Part shown: positions 9,135 to 20,344 of the stretch, piece after piece
Layout: the number at the start of each line of letters is the position of its first letter
How positions within the stretch are numbered: the stretch's first letter is position 1
Assembly (NCBI GenBank): GCA_964019335.1
Contig: OZ025707.1
Coordinates: 186,001-250,000, forward strand
Source of the DNA: Diplonema japonicum
Taxonomy: Eukaryota > Protista > Euglenozoa: Diplonemea
Direction of reading: 5' to 3'
DNA: 64,000 nucleotides
Notes under the pieces: model-generated
Seen by the model: only the letters and a program-made list of their open reading frames with translations
Database searches by the model: none
What the model was told of the DNA's origin: nothing
Made by a program: the position numbers and the translations under genes

Positions 9135-10364
9135 CTTGTTGAAACTCGCGGTCAAGTCGCAGGTGTCAAGTGCAACTTAGGTTGGACACCGCTTCATGAA
9201 GCAGCATTCAAGGGCCATCTTGAGACGGTTAAATATCTTGTTGAAACTTGCGGTCAAGACGCAGGTGTCAAAAACAACGACGGTAGCACACCGGTTCATC
9301 TAGCGGCACAGGAAAGCCATCTCGAAACAATAAAATATCTTGTTGAAGAAAGAATAAAAGAAAAAGACTGGCGACAAGAAGGATAGAAAATAAAGTGTTC
9401 ACCAGTGTGATGTTCGAGAGGCACAATTTTCGTACTCTCCTATTTTTTTTTTTAATTTTTTTTTTATTTATTATTATTATTTTTTTTTTTTTTTGCATGA
9501 AGAAAAACAATCTATTGATACTGAATTGTTATTGCTAAAAAGAGTAGTGGTGGCATTGTAGGGCTTATCCTTCTACAGGTTAACCCCGGCTGTGCACAAA
9601 CGGCAATCAACCGACTCTTTTTTTTTGGAAGAAGTAAAAGAGAAGAAAAAAAAACTATAACTATCTTGTTTCAAATCGTACCTGTTTCTTTGTTGTAAAT
9701 GTGTCTCTCTCTCTTTTTTTTTTTTTTCTTTTTTTTTTTCTCTTTATTTATACTCGGTTGTTTTGTACACCAGGTACCCTTAACGTCATGAAAGACCCGA
9801 AGAGGGCGGGGTTCCTCAAGGACAGTGAAGAGACCACCTTTTTATTAGCAAGCCATTCAAGGCAGCAGGAAGAAAACAAATGAAGTGTAATCAAATAGAA
9901 GAACAGAAATTTTGATAAATTTCGGTGTGCGGGTGGGTGCTCACCGTTGTAGAAAAGAAAAATGAAAAAAGAAAGAAGTAGTAAACCCCCACAGGTGCAT
10001 CTTCAGGAGTTTCAGTCTTGAAGAAGAGAAAAGAAAAGAAAAAAAGAAGAAAAGAAAAGGGGGGAAAAAAAAAAGAAGAGAAGTGATTTCCTTTTGATCT
10101 TTCTTTTGTTGTTGTGTTTGATGTTTTTTTTTTTTTCTGATTAGAGTGGGTCTTTTTGTTTTTTCCCTCGCTCTCATCTTCTCTTGGAAAGAGAAAAATA
10201 AATAGAAAAGGGAGGGCCTCCGATGTTCAAAACCTAAATAGATTTTTTTTTTTTTTTTAACCAGGGGCAGAAGTTCGCCAAGAGTGTACAGTCCTGTTTC
10301 TCGCGGAAACAGAGAACCTACCCCCCACCCCCACAGCAGCCGACCAATCAGACACAGCAGTGTG

Positions 10365-10399
<35 letters not shown>

Positions 10400-11142
10400 C
10401 CCTTATTTAGAACAAAAGGAGAAAGGGAATAAAAAAAAAAGCAATTGTTTATCTTTCTTCTACTGCCTCCTTCTTTTGGGTACCAAAAAAGCTTTTCAGA
10501 AGGTCCAATACCGGCCAGGGGTGAGAGTGAGAGGACAACATGGAAGTCCGGTTCCCCGTGGTTTCATCCCCCATCCTCATTCTCGCTTTCCTCCCACCTC
10601 TTCATAGTTTACTGTTTCACGAGCGCTCCTTTTGTCGTTGTTGGACTTCAGGGTGAGCTGCTTATATTCCTTTCCTCCCGAGTTTCAGCCTTGTGAGCTG
10701 ACCATCAATATTCAATAGATTTTTTTTTTTTAAACCGGGGGCGGAGGCTCACATTCAGTTTACTTTTTTCATTTTTATTTTTATTAGGTTTGTCCTCCAC
10801 TTTGAGTTTTTATTTTTTATTATTTTTTTTTTCTTATTTTATTTTTTATTTCTATTCTTACTTTCATTTTTCATTTAATTTTACGTTTCATCCCGCTACC
10901 AGTCGTGGTCGCCAACAGCTCGCTCACACCCTTCTCCAGGATCTCCCTCCAGCATCTTGTCCGCGCAGCTGTCCGCGGCGGCGTCGTAGGCAGCGGCCTT
11001 TGCTTCCAACTTCGGTCGCATTTCGGCTTCCGGTGTGGCTTGTGCCACTCGCTGTAGTCAGTCTCGGGGTACTCGGGATAGAGGCCAGTCCCCACGTCTC
11101 ACACCCTTCTCGTAGGCAGCGGCCTTTGCTTCCAAAAACACA

Positions 11143-11176
<34 letters not shown>

Positions 11177-11213
11177 ACAGTTTCCTTTCTCCTTACTTTA
11201 CTTTTAACTTAAC

Positions 11214-12398
11214 ATGATGAGGTGTGGTCTCCTCCTGGCTGCGGCCTGTGCGGTGAGCGGTCTGTCCCTGTCGCCCGCGACGGACAAGGTTGTGAAGGAT
11301 GAGTTCATCTTGTTGCTGCACTCGAACATCACGGTGGCGGACCACGATGCGCTGAACGAGAGGGTGAAGGGGAGGAAGTTCTCTATCGGGAAGGGGTTTC
11401 GGGCGGTCCACGCGACTTTGAACGAGGAGTCCCTTGAGTGGGTGCTTGCTCAGGAGCACCTTGTGAAGAAGGTGGAGCACAACCAGGTGGTGCGCCTCGT
11501 GCAGGAGACCTGCAACGCGCAGCAGAGGGACGCGTCGTGGGGTCAGGCGAGGACCACGAACGCTGGGCCGCAGAACGTTGTGAACACCTTCGCGCACAAC
11601 CCTGACTGGGGCAAGGACATCGACATCTACATTGTTGACACCGGTATCAGGTGCACCCACGTTGACTTCAAGGACACCGAGGGGGAGAGCAGGTGCTTGT
11701 GGGGGGCGAACACCGCTGGCGGCAGCAACACCGATGTGAACGGACACGGGACCCACTGCGCCTCGACATCGGGCGGGATCCGCTACGGTATCGCAAAGGC
11801 CTCGACGCTGATCGCCGTGAAGGTGCTCGGGGACAACGGTTCCGGGACAACGGCTGGTGTGATCGCCGGTGTGCAGTTCGTGGCGGACAACGCCGCCACA
11901 AGGAAGAAGAAGTCTGTTGCGAACATGTCGCTGGGAGGTGGCTTCAGCACGGCGTCGAACAACGCTGTCGACGCTGCTGTTGGCACCGGTGTTTCCTTCG
12001 CTGTGGCAGCCGGGAACGACAACGCTGACGCGAGGAACTACAGCCCCGCCAGTGCCAAGGACTGCGTCACCGTCGGCTCCACCGAGCTCGCCAACTCGGG
12101 CGGCACCCAGGTGGACGCACGCTCCAGCTTCTCCAACTACGGCAGCACCCTCGACATCTTCGCACCCGGCTCCAACATTGTGGCCGCGTACTCCACCTCC
12201 GACACCGCCTACGCCACCCTCTCCGGTACCTCCATGGCCTCCCCTCACGTTGCTGGTGCCATGGCTCTCTACGCCCAGACAAACAGCCCCGCTGAGGTCA
12301 AGAAGCTCCTCAACGACAACGCCGAGACTGGTATCCTTCAGATCGGGACTGGGTCCCCGAACAAGATGCTTCACGTTCCTTGCATTAGCACCCGTTAA
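11214..12398 (+). CDS. Subtilisin-like serine protease, copy 2
   Basis: Translation identical to 2082..3266. Confidence 0.96.
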   Translation: MMRCGLLLAAACAVSGLSLSPATDKVVKDEFILLLHSNITVADHDALNERVKGRKFSIGKGFRAVHATLNEESLEWVLAQEHLVKKVEHNQVVRLVQETCNAQQRDASWGQARTTNAGPQNVVNTFAHNPDWGKDIDIYIVDTGIRCTHVDFKDTEGESRCLWGANTAGGSNTDVNGHGTHCASTSGGIRYGIAKASTLIAVKVLGDNGSGTTAGVIAGVQFVADNAATRKKKSVANMSLGGGFSTASNNAVDAAVGTGVSFAVAAGNDNADARNYSPASAKDCVTVGSTELANSGGTQVDARSSFSNYGSTLDIFAPGSNIVAAYSTSDTAYATLSGTSMASPHVAGAMALYAQTNSPAEVKKLLNDNAETGILQIGTGSPNKMLHVPCISTR

Positions 12399-12617
12399 AA
12401 AACCTCGGGTTGGGGATTCGATTCGCTGATTTATATTCGATTCCCCCTCTCCCCTCCCCTCCCCTCCCCTGAATGATTAAACCAAATTCGTTTTTGATCT
12501 TTTCAATCCCCCTCCCCTCCCCTCCCCCTGAATGTGTAAACTAAAAAGAAAACGTGTGGCGTTACCTTACTTGTGTTTTTTTTTTTAGACACTTTTTTTT
12601 ATTGCTGAAGGAAAGAG

Positions 12618-12658
<41 letters not shown>

Positions 12659-13733
12659 GAACTTGAAGACCAAACAAAAACGTCTCCGGTTTTGTTGAAT
12701 CTTTGGACGCAACAACAGAAGAGGGCATCCAAGTGTGTTTGTTCTTGTTGTGGGTGTGTTTGTGTATTTGTCAGTACGAATTTAACCAGACTTCCCAATC
12801 CTTCGTTCGAACATCTCTTTCCTATTCCTTCTTCTCTTTTCCCTCTTTCTTTCTCTGCAGTTTTACACGACTCGTATCTTATTTTTTCGAGTTCACATCC
12901 AATTAATCCCCAACACAGTCCCCTCTACCTGCACAACAACAACAACAACAACAACAACAAAGTATGGATCCGTCAGCTGCTGCGAACAACACCACCCTCA
13001 CAAAAGAGGAGGGGAGGGTTGCCTTGGTGAGAGCTGTTTCAAAAGGGGACCTTGAGGAGATGAGGGAACTTGTTCTGGAGCGGGGTGTTGACCCTGGTGC
13101 AACGGGCAGCGATGGTTTCACAGCCCTGCACTATGCAGCTCGCGAAAACAACTGTGTCGAGGCTGTGGCTGCTCTCGTCTCTTCTTACCACCAGGACCCT
13201 GGTGTGAAAAGCAGCGATGGTTGGACACCGGTTCATCTAGCAGCACAGGAAGGCCAGCTGGAAACAGTTAAATATCTTATTGAAACTTGCGGTAGCGACG
13301 TAGGTGTCAAAAACAACGACAGTAGGACACCGGTTCACGAAGCAGCAGTTAACGGCCATCTTGAGACGGTTAAATATCTTGTTGAAACTCTTGGTCAAGA
13401 CGCTGGTGTCAAATGCAACTTAGGTTTTACACCGCTTCATGATGCAGCATCAAACGGCCACCTGGAGACAGTTAAATATCTTAAAAAGTCTCGTTCCCGA
13501 AAAAAAAAGAGGAATGGAAAACTTGTTAAAACTCGCGGTGGCAACAAAGGTGTGAGAAGCAACGACGGTTGGACACCGGTTCATCTAGCAGCAGAGTACG
13601 GCCACCTGGAGACTGTTAAATATCTTGTTAAAACTCTCGGTCAAGACGCTGGTGCGAAAAGCGAAGACGGTAGGACACCGATACATGAAGCAGCATTAGG
13701 AGGCCAGCTGGAGACTGTTAAATATCTTGTTGA

Positions 13734-16700
13734 CGGCGCAGCGAGGAGAAACAGGACGGAACGCGGATCGACAAGATCCTGCTCAATCAGGTGGCGGCAA
13801 CAGGCCTGAGATCGTCGAGCACCGTGGAGACCAGCTTCCCTCAACACTGTACGGTAACGGCGGAGCTGGGGACGGAGGCGTTCAGTCAGGCGTGCCTCGC
13901 ATACAGGCTTCCGAAAGCCATCGACGTGGACAGCTGGCCGACGTGGTCCAACGAGGAAGAGGACGAACTGGCGGAGGAGTGCGCACGGGGGTGTGAGGCG
14001 CCTTCCCCGGGGGTGGCAGGGGAGTGGGCTAACGTGACGGCCGCCATGGAGGAATACCTGCTCCGAAGAGACAGCGAAGTGACCCACACGCGAGGGCATC
14101 GGGGAAGGGGTGCTCTCCGGGAACCGATTGTCTCGAAGGTGGCTGTCGAGACCCGGTGCAAAGGGAGCGGGGAAGCGACGCTGCGCCAGGTCCACGTCAT
14201 GAAGGCGTTGAACAAGACGGGGGCCGTCCTGAGGATGATGAGGACAGCGGAGACGACGGGGATCGCACTCGCTGCGTTGCGGGAGCCGCGGAACGAGGCA
14301 AGTAGGTGTTGGGCCAATGCGAGAAGGCAGAGGACGCTCGCAGGCCCACACTTGCCGGACGACACACATGGCCAGTAGTACTTCCCTCTCGAGAACACAT
14401 GGAAGGACTGGTACGTCTTGTGGGCGAGGTGGGAAGGAACCTCGCGGCCTCGGCAGCATCCGAGAAGATGAGGTCGTGGAGGGGGAGACTGGAGCGTGAG
14501 TTCCAGCGGGGAGGAACGCAGCTGGCGAGGATGGTAAGGGGGGATGAACCGAGATGCGGCCTTACCATGCTGCGGCGAGACGACGGCTCGACGACAGCGG
14601 ATGTGTCGGAGATAGACGATGCGTGCATCGAGGCGTGGGGTCCGGTCATGAGGATGTATGACCGCGACAACCCCGAGCCAGCATGGGCCCCTTTCGCGGA
14701 GCGTTTCGGGCGGTACGTGCCCCACCGAGAACAAGAGCTGGACGACATCACCGCGGACGAGATTAGCGCGGTGCTGAAGACGAGGACGCGCGGGGCCTGT
14801 GGGGTGGACGGATGGCGGCTGAAGGAGCTGAAGAAGATACCAACACCGTTGCTCCAGAGGCTCGCACATTTCTATAACAGGGTGGAGGAGGAAGGGGCTT
14901 GGCCCCCAGCACTCATGACTGCGCTTGTGTCGCTCATTCCGAAGGGGGAAGGAAAACGACCGCTGCAACAACGTCCCATCACCGTGACGTCGCTGATCTA
15001 CAGGACATGGGCCACGGTGCGCATGCGGAAGGTGCTACGATGGCAGGAGGAATGGATTCACCCCACGCAGAGTGGCTTCCGGAAGGGAAAGTCAACGTAC
15101 AACACGGTGATGCAGATCTCGCTGCAGATCGAGGAGTCCCTCCTCACAGGGAAGCCGCTTCACGGCCTGGCCCTGGACTACGCCAAGTGCTTTGACAGGG
15201 TGCCGAGGGAGGTCACACTGAAGCTCCTGGAGACGATGGGAATGTCGGAACGAGTGCTGCGGCCTTTGAGAGCTGTCTACGGCGGGCTCCGGCGGAGGTT
15301 CAAGTACGCCCTGGGTGTGGGCCGTGCCTTTGAGACCACGAATGGTGTGCTACAGGGATGCCCCCTCTCCGTGGTGCTCATCAACGCGCTGATCAGTGTG
15401 TGGGCGCGAGCGATTGAGGGGGAGCATCCAGGCGTGCTCACACCTTCGTATGCGGATGACGGCTACCTGGTTTCTCTGGAAGGACATGCGAAGGTACAGG
15501 CGGCAGCCGACCTTACCAACGAGTTCTGCGTGCTCACTGGCATGGCACTGAACGAGGGGAAGACATTCGCCTTCAGCACGGCCAAGAAAGCGAAGAAGGT
15601 ACGGAACAGCAGGACTGGAGGCCACTTCCCTGCGACAGAGAGGGTCGCGTGTTTGGGGTGCACGCTGGTGACCACGAATAGCGCGAGACAAGTCGATGAG
15701 CGAGTACGGGCGGCGACAAGGAGGGTCGCGAACCTGGGAGGTGTCCCGCTTCCGTTCGACGTAAAGACGATGCTCCATGGATCGATCTGCACGAGCTCCG
15801 TCCTGTACAGCGCACCCTTCAACAGATGCAGTGCGGCCGCCAGGGTCGCGTACGTGGACGAGTCGGTGTTGAGCCTGTGGGGGCACGACACGGGGAGATC
15901 GAGGAGGTGCAACAAGGCGGTGCTGGTGGTTGCGGGGTACTCTCACCGCAACTACATGAACGTAGCGGAGCGGTACCGGAGGGTGCAGTTCGCTGCGGTG
16001 CAGTGCAGGAGAGATGCTGGTCTGGTGACGAGGCTGAACGAGGTGAAAGCCCTCTACGACAAGAGAGGCGTGTCACCTTCCGTTGCAGGGAACTATGCTG
16101 ACGAACGGGGTCCGGTCGGCCTTCTGGTCGCCGACCTGAAGTCAGTGGGACTGATGTGGGAACACGACCTCCGGGCTCTGAGGACCGAGAACGGAGACGT
16201 GGTTGACCCCTTGGCCATGGAGCCACGCGAGTGGGAACACTATGTGCGCGTCCTGCTGAAGAAGCAGGCGTTTGCGGAGGTGGTGAAACTGAGGCCAGAA
16301 TATGCCGGCATCGAAGGGGGCGTGGATTTTGTGGCGACGAACTCGCTCCGCAGGAAGACTGGCTCGTACGCTGTGCAGAGAAGCCTGCTGAAGATCGTGA
16401 CGGCCGGGGTCGTGACGAACGACTACCTGTCACACGCGAGCAGGGGGAACATCGGGGAGGAATGTGAGCTGTGCGAGAGTGGGGAAAGAGAGACCCGGGA
16501 ACACCTGTGGTGGCACTGTGACGCCTACGCCGACATCCGTGCCGAATATGGACTCAACGCTGAGACTGCGGCGGGTTGGCCGAGCTGTCTGCGGACCCTG
16601 GGGGTGATGCCAAAGGACTTCAACACCGGAGATCGCACCCTTCTCGCGGAGAAGGTGCAGGCGATGATGTGCGCGATCAACAGCAAGAGACTTTCCTTTG

Positions 16701-17896
16701 TGGACAACAAAAGAACCCTCCGCCTGCGGACACCGCCGTGGGATGCAGTGGCTGGGGTGCCGGGCACCAGGCACGAGTCCCCTTTTAGGGGCAAGTTGCC
16801 GGCGGGCGGGCTGTGGGTCTGGGACGCCAGTCATTTCTTGGCGCTGAACGACTGGCTGTCCATGCTCGAGTGGACGGACGAGGGGCAAATATCAAGTGTC
16901 GAGCTTGCCATCGACTACGAGGCGTTCTCGGGTCTTCGGATCGAGAAGACGGTAGGCTTCCGCCGCCGGACCGTAGGGACGACAGGGCCGCTGACCTTGA
17001 AAGAGAGAAGCGGTGAGCTTTACTTCATGCTGGAACGCATGAGAATGATGAGAGAGAGGTTTGGGAACGAGACCCCGCTGATACCGGCCGAGATGGGTCA
17101 AGTGACGTGCCTGGCGCGGGTGGGTGGCCCGCTGCAGCTCTACGGCTACAGGAGAAGGCCGCGGTTTGTGTCGATGGGCACGACCGCCGTCGTCGAGAAG
17201 ATCCTGCAGAAGGGTGTGAGCGAGCTGTTGGCGGGTACGACGTGGGGGACTGGCCTCTACCCCGAGTACCCCGAGACCGACCACAGCGAGCAGCACTGGG
17301 CAGACCTTGTTGAGAGGCTGGAGGGGAGAGAGGACGAGGGAGCGGTGCAGGACCCTGTGTACTGCCCCCCGGGGGTGCTCACCTTTACAGGGACGCACTG
17401 GACCGGGAGCACCACGTGCAGGCGACATCGGAAGCCGAAATGCGACCGATGTGGGAACGCGCCGAAGAAGGCCGCGATTACCCTGGATGCGTGCTGCCGC
17501 GCGCACCACCACGAAGCGGATGGGCTGCCCGTGAGGGTATGCGAGGCCCACTCCATGACAGTTTGCGGGAAGTGTTCGTCGCTTGTGCGATGCTGCAAGA
17601 AGCACCATGTGTGCAAAAGGCATGCGGAGAGGACTTGCTCTATATGCAAGGAAGGGACGGAACTGGTGGACCGGTTACCGTCTGCTTGCTGTGCGAAGGG
17701 CCATCATGGCTAGCGGACCGCCAGGCCGCCCGAGCAGTGACTGCCTGAACAAGGCCGCGTCGCCGACGCAACGTCACCCTACACCCTGCACCCTGCACCC
17801 TACGTCCCTTTTCCTACACCCTCCCCTACACCAGGAGAGGTGCGGCATCACGCACTCTTTCCGTCTCATACACAAAAAAAAAAAAAAAAAAAAAAA
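13734..17896 (+). mobile_element. 5'-truncated non-LTR retrotransposon, copy 2 (duplicated with the tandem unit)
   Basis: Same 5' junction, frameshift, tail and TSD as 4603-8765. Confidence 0.93.
14306..17713 (+). CDS. Retrotransposon reverse transcriptase polyprotein (partial), copy 2
   Basis: Translation identical to 5175..8582. Confidence 0.93.
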   Translation: MLGQCEKAEDARRPTLAGRHTWPVVLPSREHMEGLVRLVGEVGRNLAASAASEKMRSWRGRLEREFQRGGTQLARMVRGDEPRCGLTMLRRDDGSTTADVSEIDDACIEAWGPVMRMYDRDNPEPAWAPFAERFGRYVPHREQELDDITADEISAVLKTRTRGACGVDGWRLKELKKIPTPLLQRLAHFYNRVEEEGAWPPALMTALVSLIPKGEGKRPLQQRPITVTSLIYRTWATVRMRKVLRWQEEWIHPTQSGFRKGKSTYNTVMQISLQIEESLLTGKPLHGLALDYAKCFDRVPREVTLKLLETMGMSERVLRPLRAVYGGLRRRFKYALGVGRAFETTNGVLQGCPLSVVLINALISVWARAIEGEHPGVLTPSYADDGYLVSLEGHAKVQAAADLTNEFCVLTGMALNEGKTFAFSTAKKAKKVRNSRTGGHFPATERVACLGCTLVTTNSARQVDERVRAATRRVANLGGVPLPFDVKTMLHGSICTSSVLYSAPFNRCSAAARVAYVDESVLSLWGHDTGRSRRCNKAVLVVAGYSHRNYMNVAERYRRVQFAAVQCRRDAGLVTRLNEVKALYDKRGVSPSVAGNYADERGPVGLLVADLKSVGLMWEHDLRALRTENGDVVDPLAMEPREWEHYVRVLLKKQAFAEVVKLRPEYAGIEGGVDFVATNSLRRKTGSYAVQRSLLKIVTAGVVTNDYLSHASRGNIGEECELCESGERETREHLWWHCDAYADIRAEYGLNAETAAGWPSCLRTLGVMPKDFNTGDRTLLAEKVQAMMCAINSKRLSFVDNKRTLRLRTPPWDAVAGVPGTRHESPFRGKLPAGGLWVWDASHFLALNDWLSMLEWTDEGQISSVELAIDYEAFSGLRIEKTVGFRRRTVGTTGPLTLKERSGELYFMLERMRMMRERFGNETPLIPAEMGQVTCLARVGGPLQLYGYRRRPRFVSMGTTAVVEKILQKGVSELLAGTTWGTGLYPEYPETDHSEQHWADLVERLEGREDEGAVQDPVYCPPGVLTFTGTHWTGSTTCRRHRKPKCDRCGNAPKKAAITLDACCRAHHHEADGLPVRVCEAHSMTVCGKCSSLVRCCKKHHVCKRHAERTCSICKEGTELVDRLPSACCAKGHHG

Positions 17897-19495
17897 CTTG
17901 TTGAAACTCTCGGTCAAGACGCAGGTGTCAAAACCAAAGACGGTTTTACACCGCTTCATGAAGCAGCATTAAAGGGCCAGCTGGAGACAGTTAAATATTT
18001 TGTTGAAACTCTCGGTCAAGACGCAGGTGTCAAAACCAACGAGGGTTGGGCACCGTTTCAACTAGCAGCATCAAGTGGCCAGCTGGAGACAGTAAAATAT
18101 TTTGTTGAAACTCTCGGTCAAGACACAGGTGTCAAAAGCAACTACGGTTGCACACCGCTTCATGAAGCAGCATCAAGGGGCCACCTGGAGACAGTAAAAT
18201 ATCTTGTTGAAAGCAGGAGAGGTGCGGCATCACGCACTCTTTCCGTTTCATGCAAAAAAAGAAAACTTGTTGAAACTCGCGGTCAAGTCGCAGGTGTCAA
18301 GTGCAACTTAGGTTGGACACCGCTTCATGAAGCAGCATTCAAGGGCCATCTTGAGACGGTTAAATATCTTGTTGAAACTTGCGGTCAAGACGCAGGTGTC
18401 AAAAACAACGACGGTAGCACACCGGTTCATCTAGCGGCACAGGAAAGCCATCTCGAAACAATAAAATATCTTGTTGAAGAAAGAATAAAAGAAAAAGACT
18501 GGCGACAAGAAGGATAGAAAATAAAGTGTTCACCAGTGTGATGTTCGAGAGGCACAATTTTCGTACTCTCCTATTTTTTTTTTTAATTTTTTTTTTATTT
18601 ATTATTATTATTTTTTTTTTTTTTTGCATGAAGAAAAACAATCTATTGATACTGAATTGTTATTGCTAAAAAGAGTAGTGGTGGCATTGTAGGGCTTATC
18701 CTTCTACAGGTTAACCCCGGCTGTGCACAAACGGCAATCAACCGACTCTTTTTTTTTGGAAGAAGTAAAAGAGAAGAAAAAAAAACTATAACTATCTTGT
18801 TTCAAATCGTACCTGTTTCTTTGTTGTAAATGTGTCTCTCTCTCTTTTTTTTTTTTTTCTTTTTTTTTTTCTCTTTATTTATACTCGGTTGTTTTGTACA
18901 CCAGGTACCCTTAACGTCATGAAAGACCCGAAGAGGGCGGGGTTCCTCAAGGACAGTGAAGAGACCACCTTTTTATTAGCAAGCCATTCAAGGCAGCAGG
19001 AAGAAAACAAATGAAGTGTAATCAAATAGAAGAACAGAAATTTTGATAAATTTCGGTGTGCGGGTGGGTGCTCACCGTTGTAGAAAAGAAAAATGAAAAA
19101 AGAAAGAAGTAGTAAACCCCCACAGGTGCATCTTCAGGAGTTTCAGTCTTGAAGAAGAGAAAAGAAAAGAAAAAAAGAAGAAAAGAAAAGGGGGGAAAAA
19201 AAAAAGAAGAGAAGTGATTTCCTTTTGATCTTTCTTTTGTTGTTGTGTTTGATGTTTTTTTTTTTTTCTGATTAGAGTGGGTCTTTTTGTTTTTTCCCTC
19301 GCTCTCATCTTCTCTTGGAAAGAGAAAAATAAATAGAAAAGGGAGGGCCTCCGATGTTCAAAACCTAAATAGATTTTTTTTTTTTTTTTAACCAGGGGCA
19401 GAAGTTCGCCAAGAGTGTACAGTCCTGTTTCTCGCGGAAACAGAGAACCTACCCCCCACCCCCACAGCAGCCGACCAATCAGACACAGCAGTGTG

Positions 19496-19530
<35 letters not shown>

Positions 19531-20273
19531 CCCTTATTTAGAACAAAAGGAGAAAGGGAATAAAAAAAAAAGCAATTGTTTATCTTTCTTCTACTGCCTC
19601 CTTCTTTTGGGTACCAAAAAAGCTTTTCAGAAGGTCCAATACCGGCCAGGGGTGAGAGTGAGAGGACAACATGGAAGTCCGGTTCCCCGTGGTTTCATCC
19701 CCCATCCTCATTCTCGCTTTCCTCCCACCTCTTCATAGTTTACTGTTTCACGAGCGCTCCTTTTGTCGTTGTTGGACTTCAGGGTGAGCTGCTTATATTC
19801 CTTTCCTCCCGAGTTTCAGCCTTGTGAGCTGACCATCAATATTCAATAGATTTTTTTTTTTTAAACCGGGGGCGGAGGCTCACATTCAGTTTACTTTTTT
19901 CATTTTTATTTTTATTAGGTTTGTCCTCCACTTTGAGTTTTTATTTTTTATTATTTTTTTTTTCTTATTTTATTTTTTATTTCTATTCTTACTTTCATTT
20001 TTCATTTAATTTTACGTTTCATCCCGCTACCAGTCGTGGTCGCCAACAGCTCGCTCACACCCTTCTCCAGGATCTCCCTCCAGCATCTTGTCCGCGCAGC
20101 TGTCCGCGGCGGCGTCGTAGGCAGCGGCCTTTGCTTCCAACTTCGGTCGCATTTCGGCTTCCGGTGTGGCTTGTGCCACTCGCTGTAGTCAGTCTCGGGG
20201 TACTCGGGATAGAGGCCAGTCCCCACGTCTCACACCCTTCTCGTAGGCAGCGGCCTTTGCTTCCAAAAACACA

Positions 20274-20307
<34 letters not shown>

Positions 20308-20344
20308 ACAGTTTCCTTTCTCCTTACTTTACTTTTAACTTAAC

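Larger units (their letters stand above)
3833..9386 (+). pseudogene. Ankyrin-repeat gene (~460 aa, 11-12 repeats when 3833-4602 is joined to 8774-9386) disrupted by a retrotransposon, copy 1
   Basis: 34-aa/102-bp repeats GxTPxHxAAxxGxLETVKYLVE on both sides of the insertion; removing the element plus one TSD restores the frame. Confidence 0.9.
12964..18517 (+). pseudogene. Ankyrin-repeat gene disrupted by a retrotransposon, copy 2
   Basis: Same as copy 1 at offset 9131. Confidence 0.9.

Noticed and set aside
4080-9345. Regular ~102-bp repeats resembling an array
   Set aside because: They are in-frame ankyrin coding repeats, not CRISPR repeats with unique spacers; no cas genes and eukaryotic context.
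8709-9386. Standalone 225-aa ankyrin gene
   Set aside because: Starts at a GTG inside the retro 3' UTR and reads through the poly(A); it is the severed 3' half of the 3833 gene.
13734-17896. Second retro copy as independent evidence of site specificity
   Set aside because: Same junctions, frameshift and tail as copy 1; it was copied by the tandem duplication.
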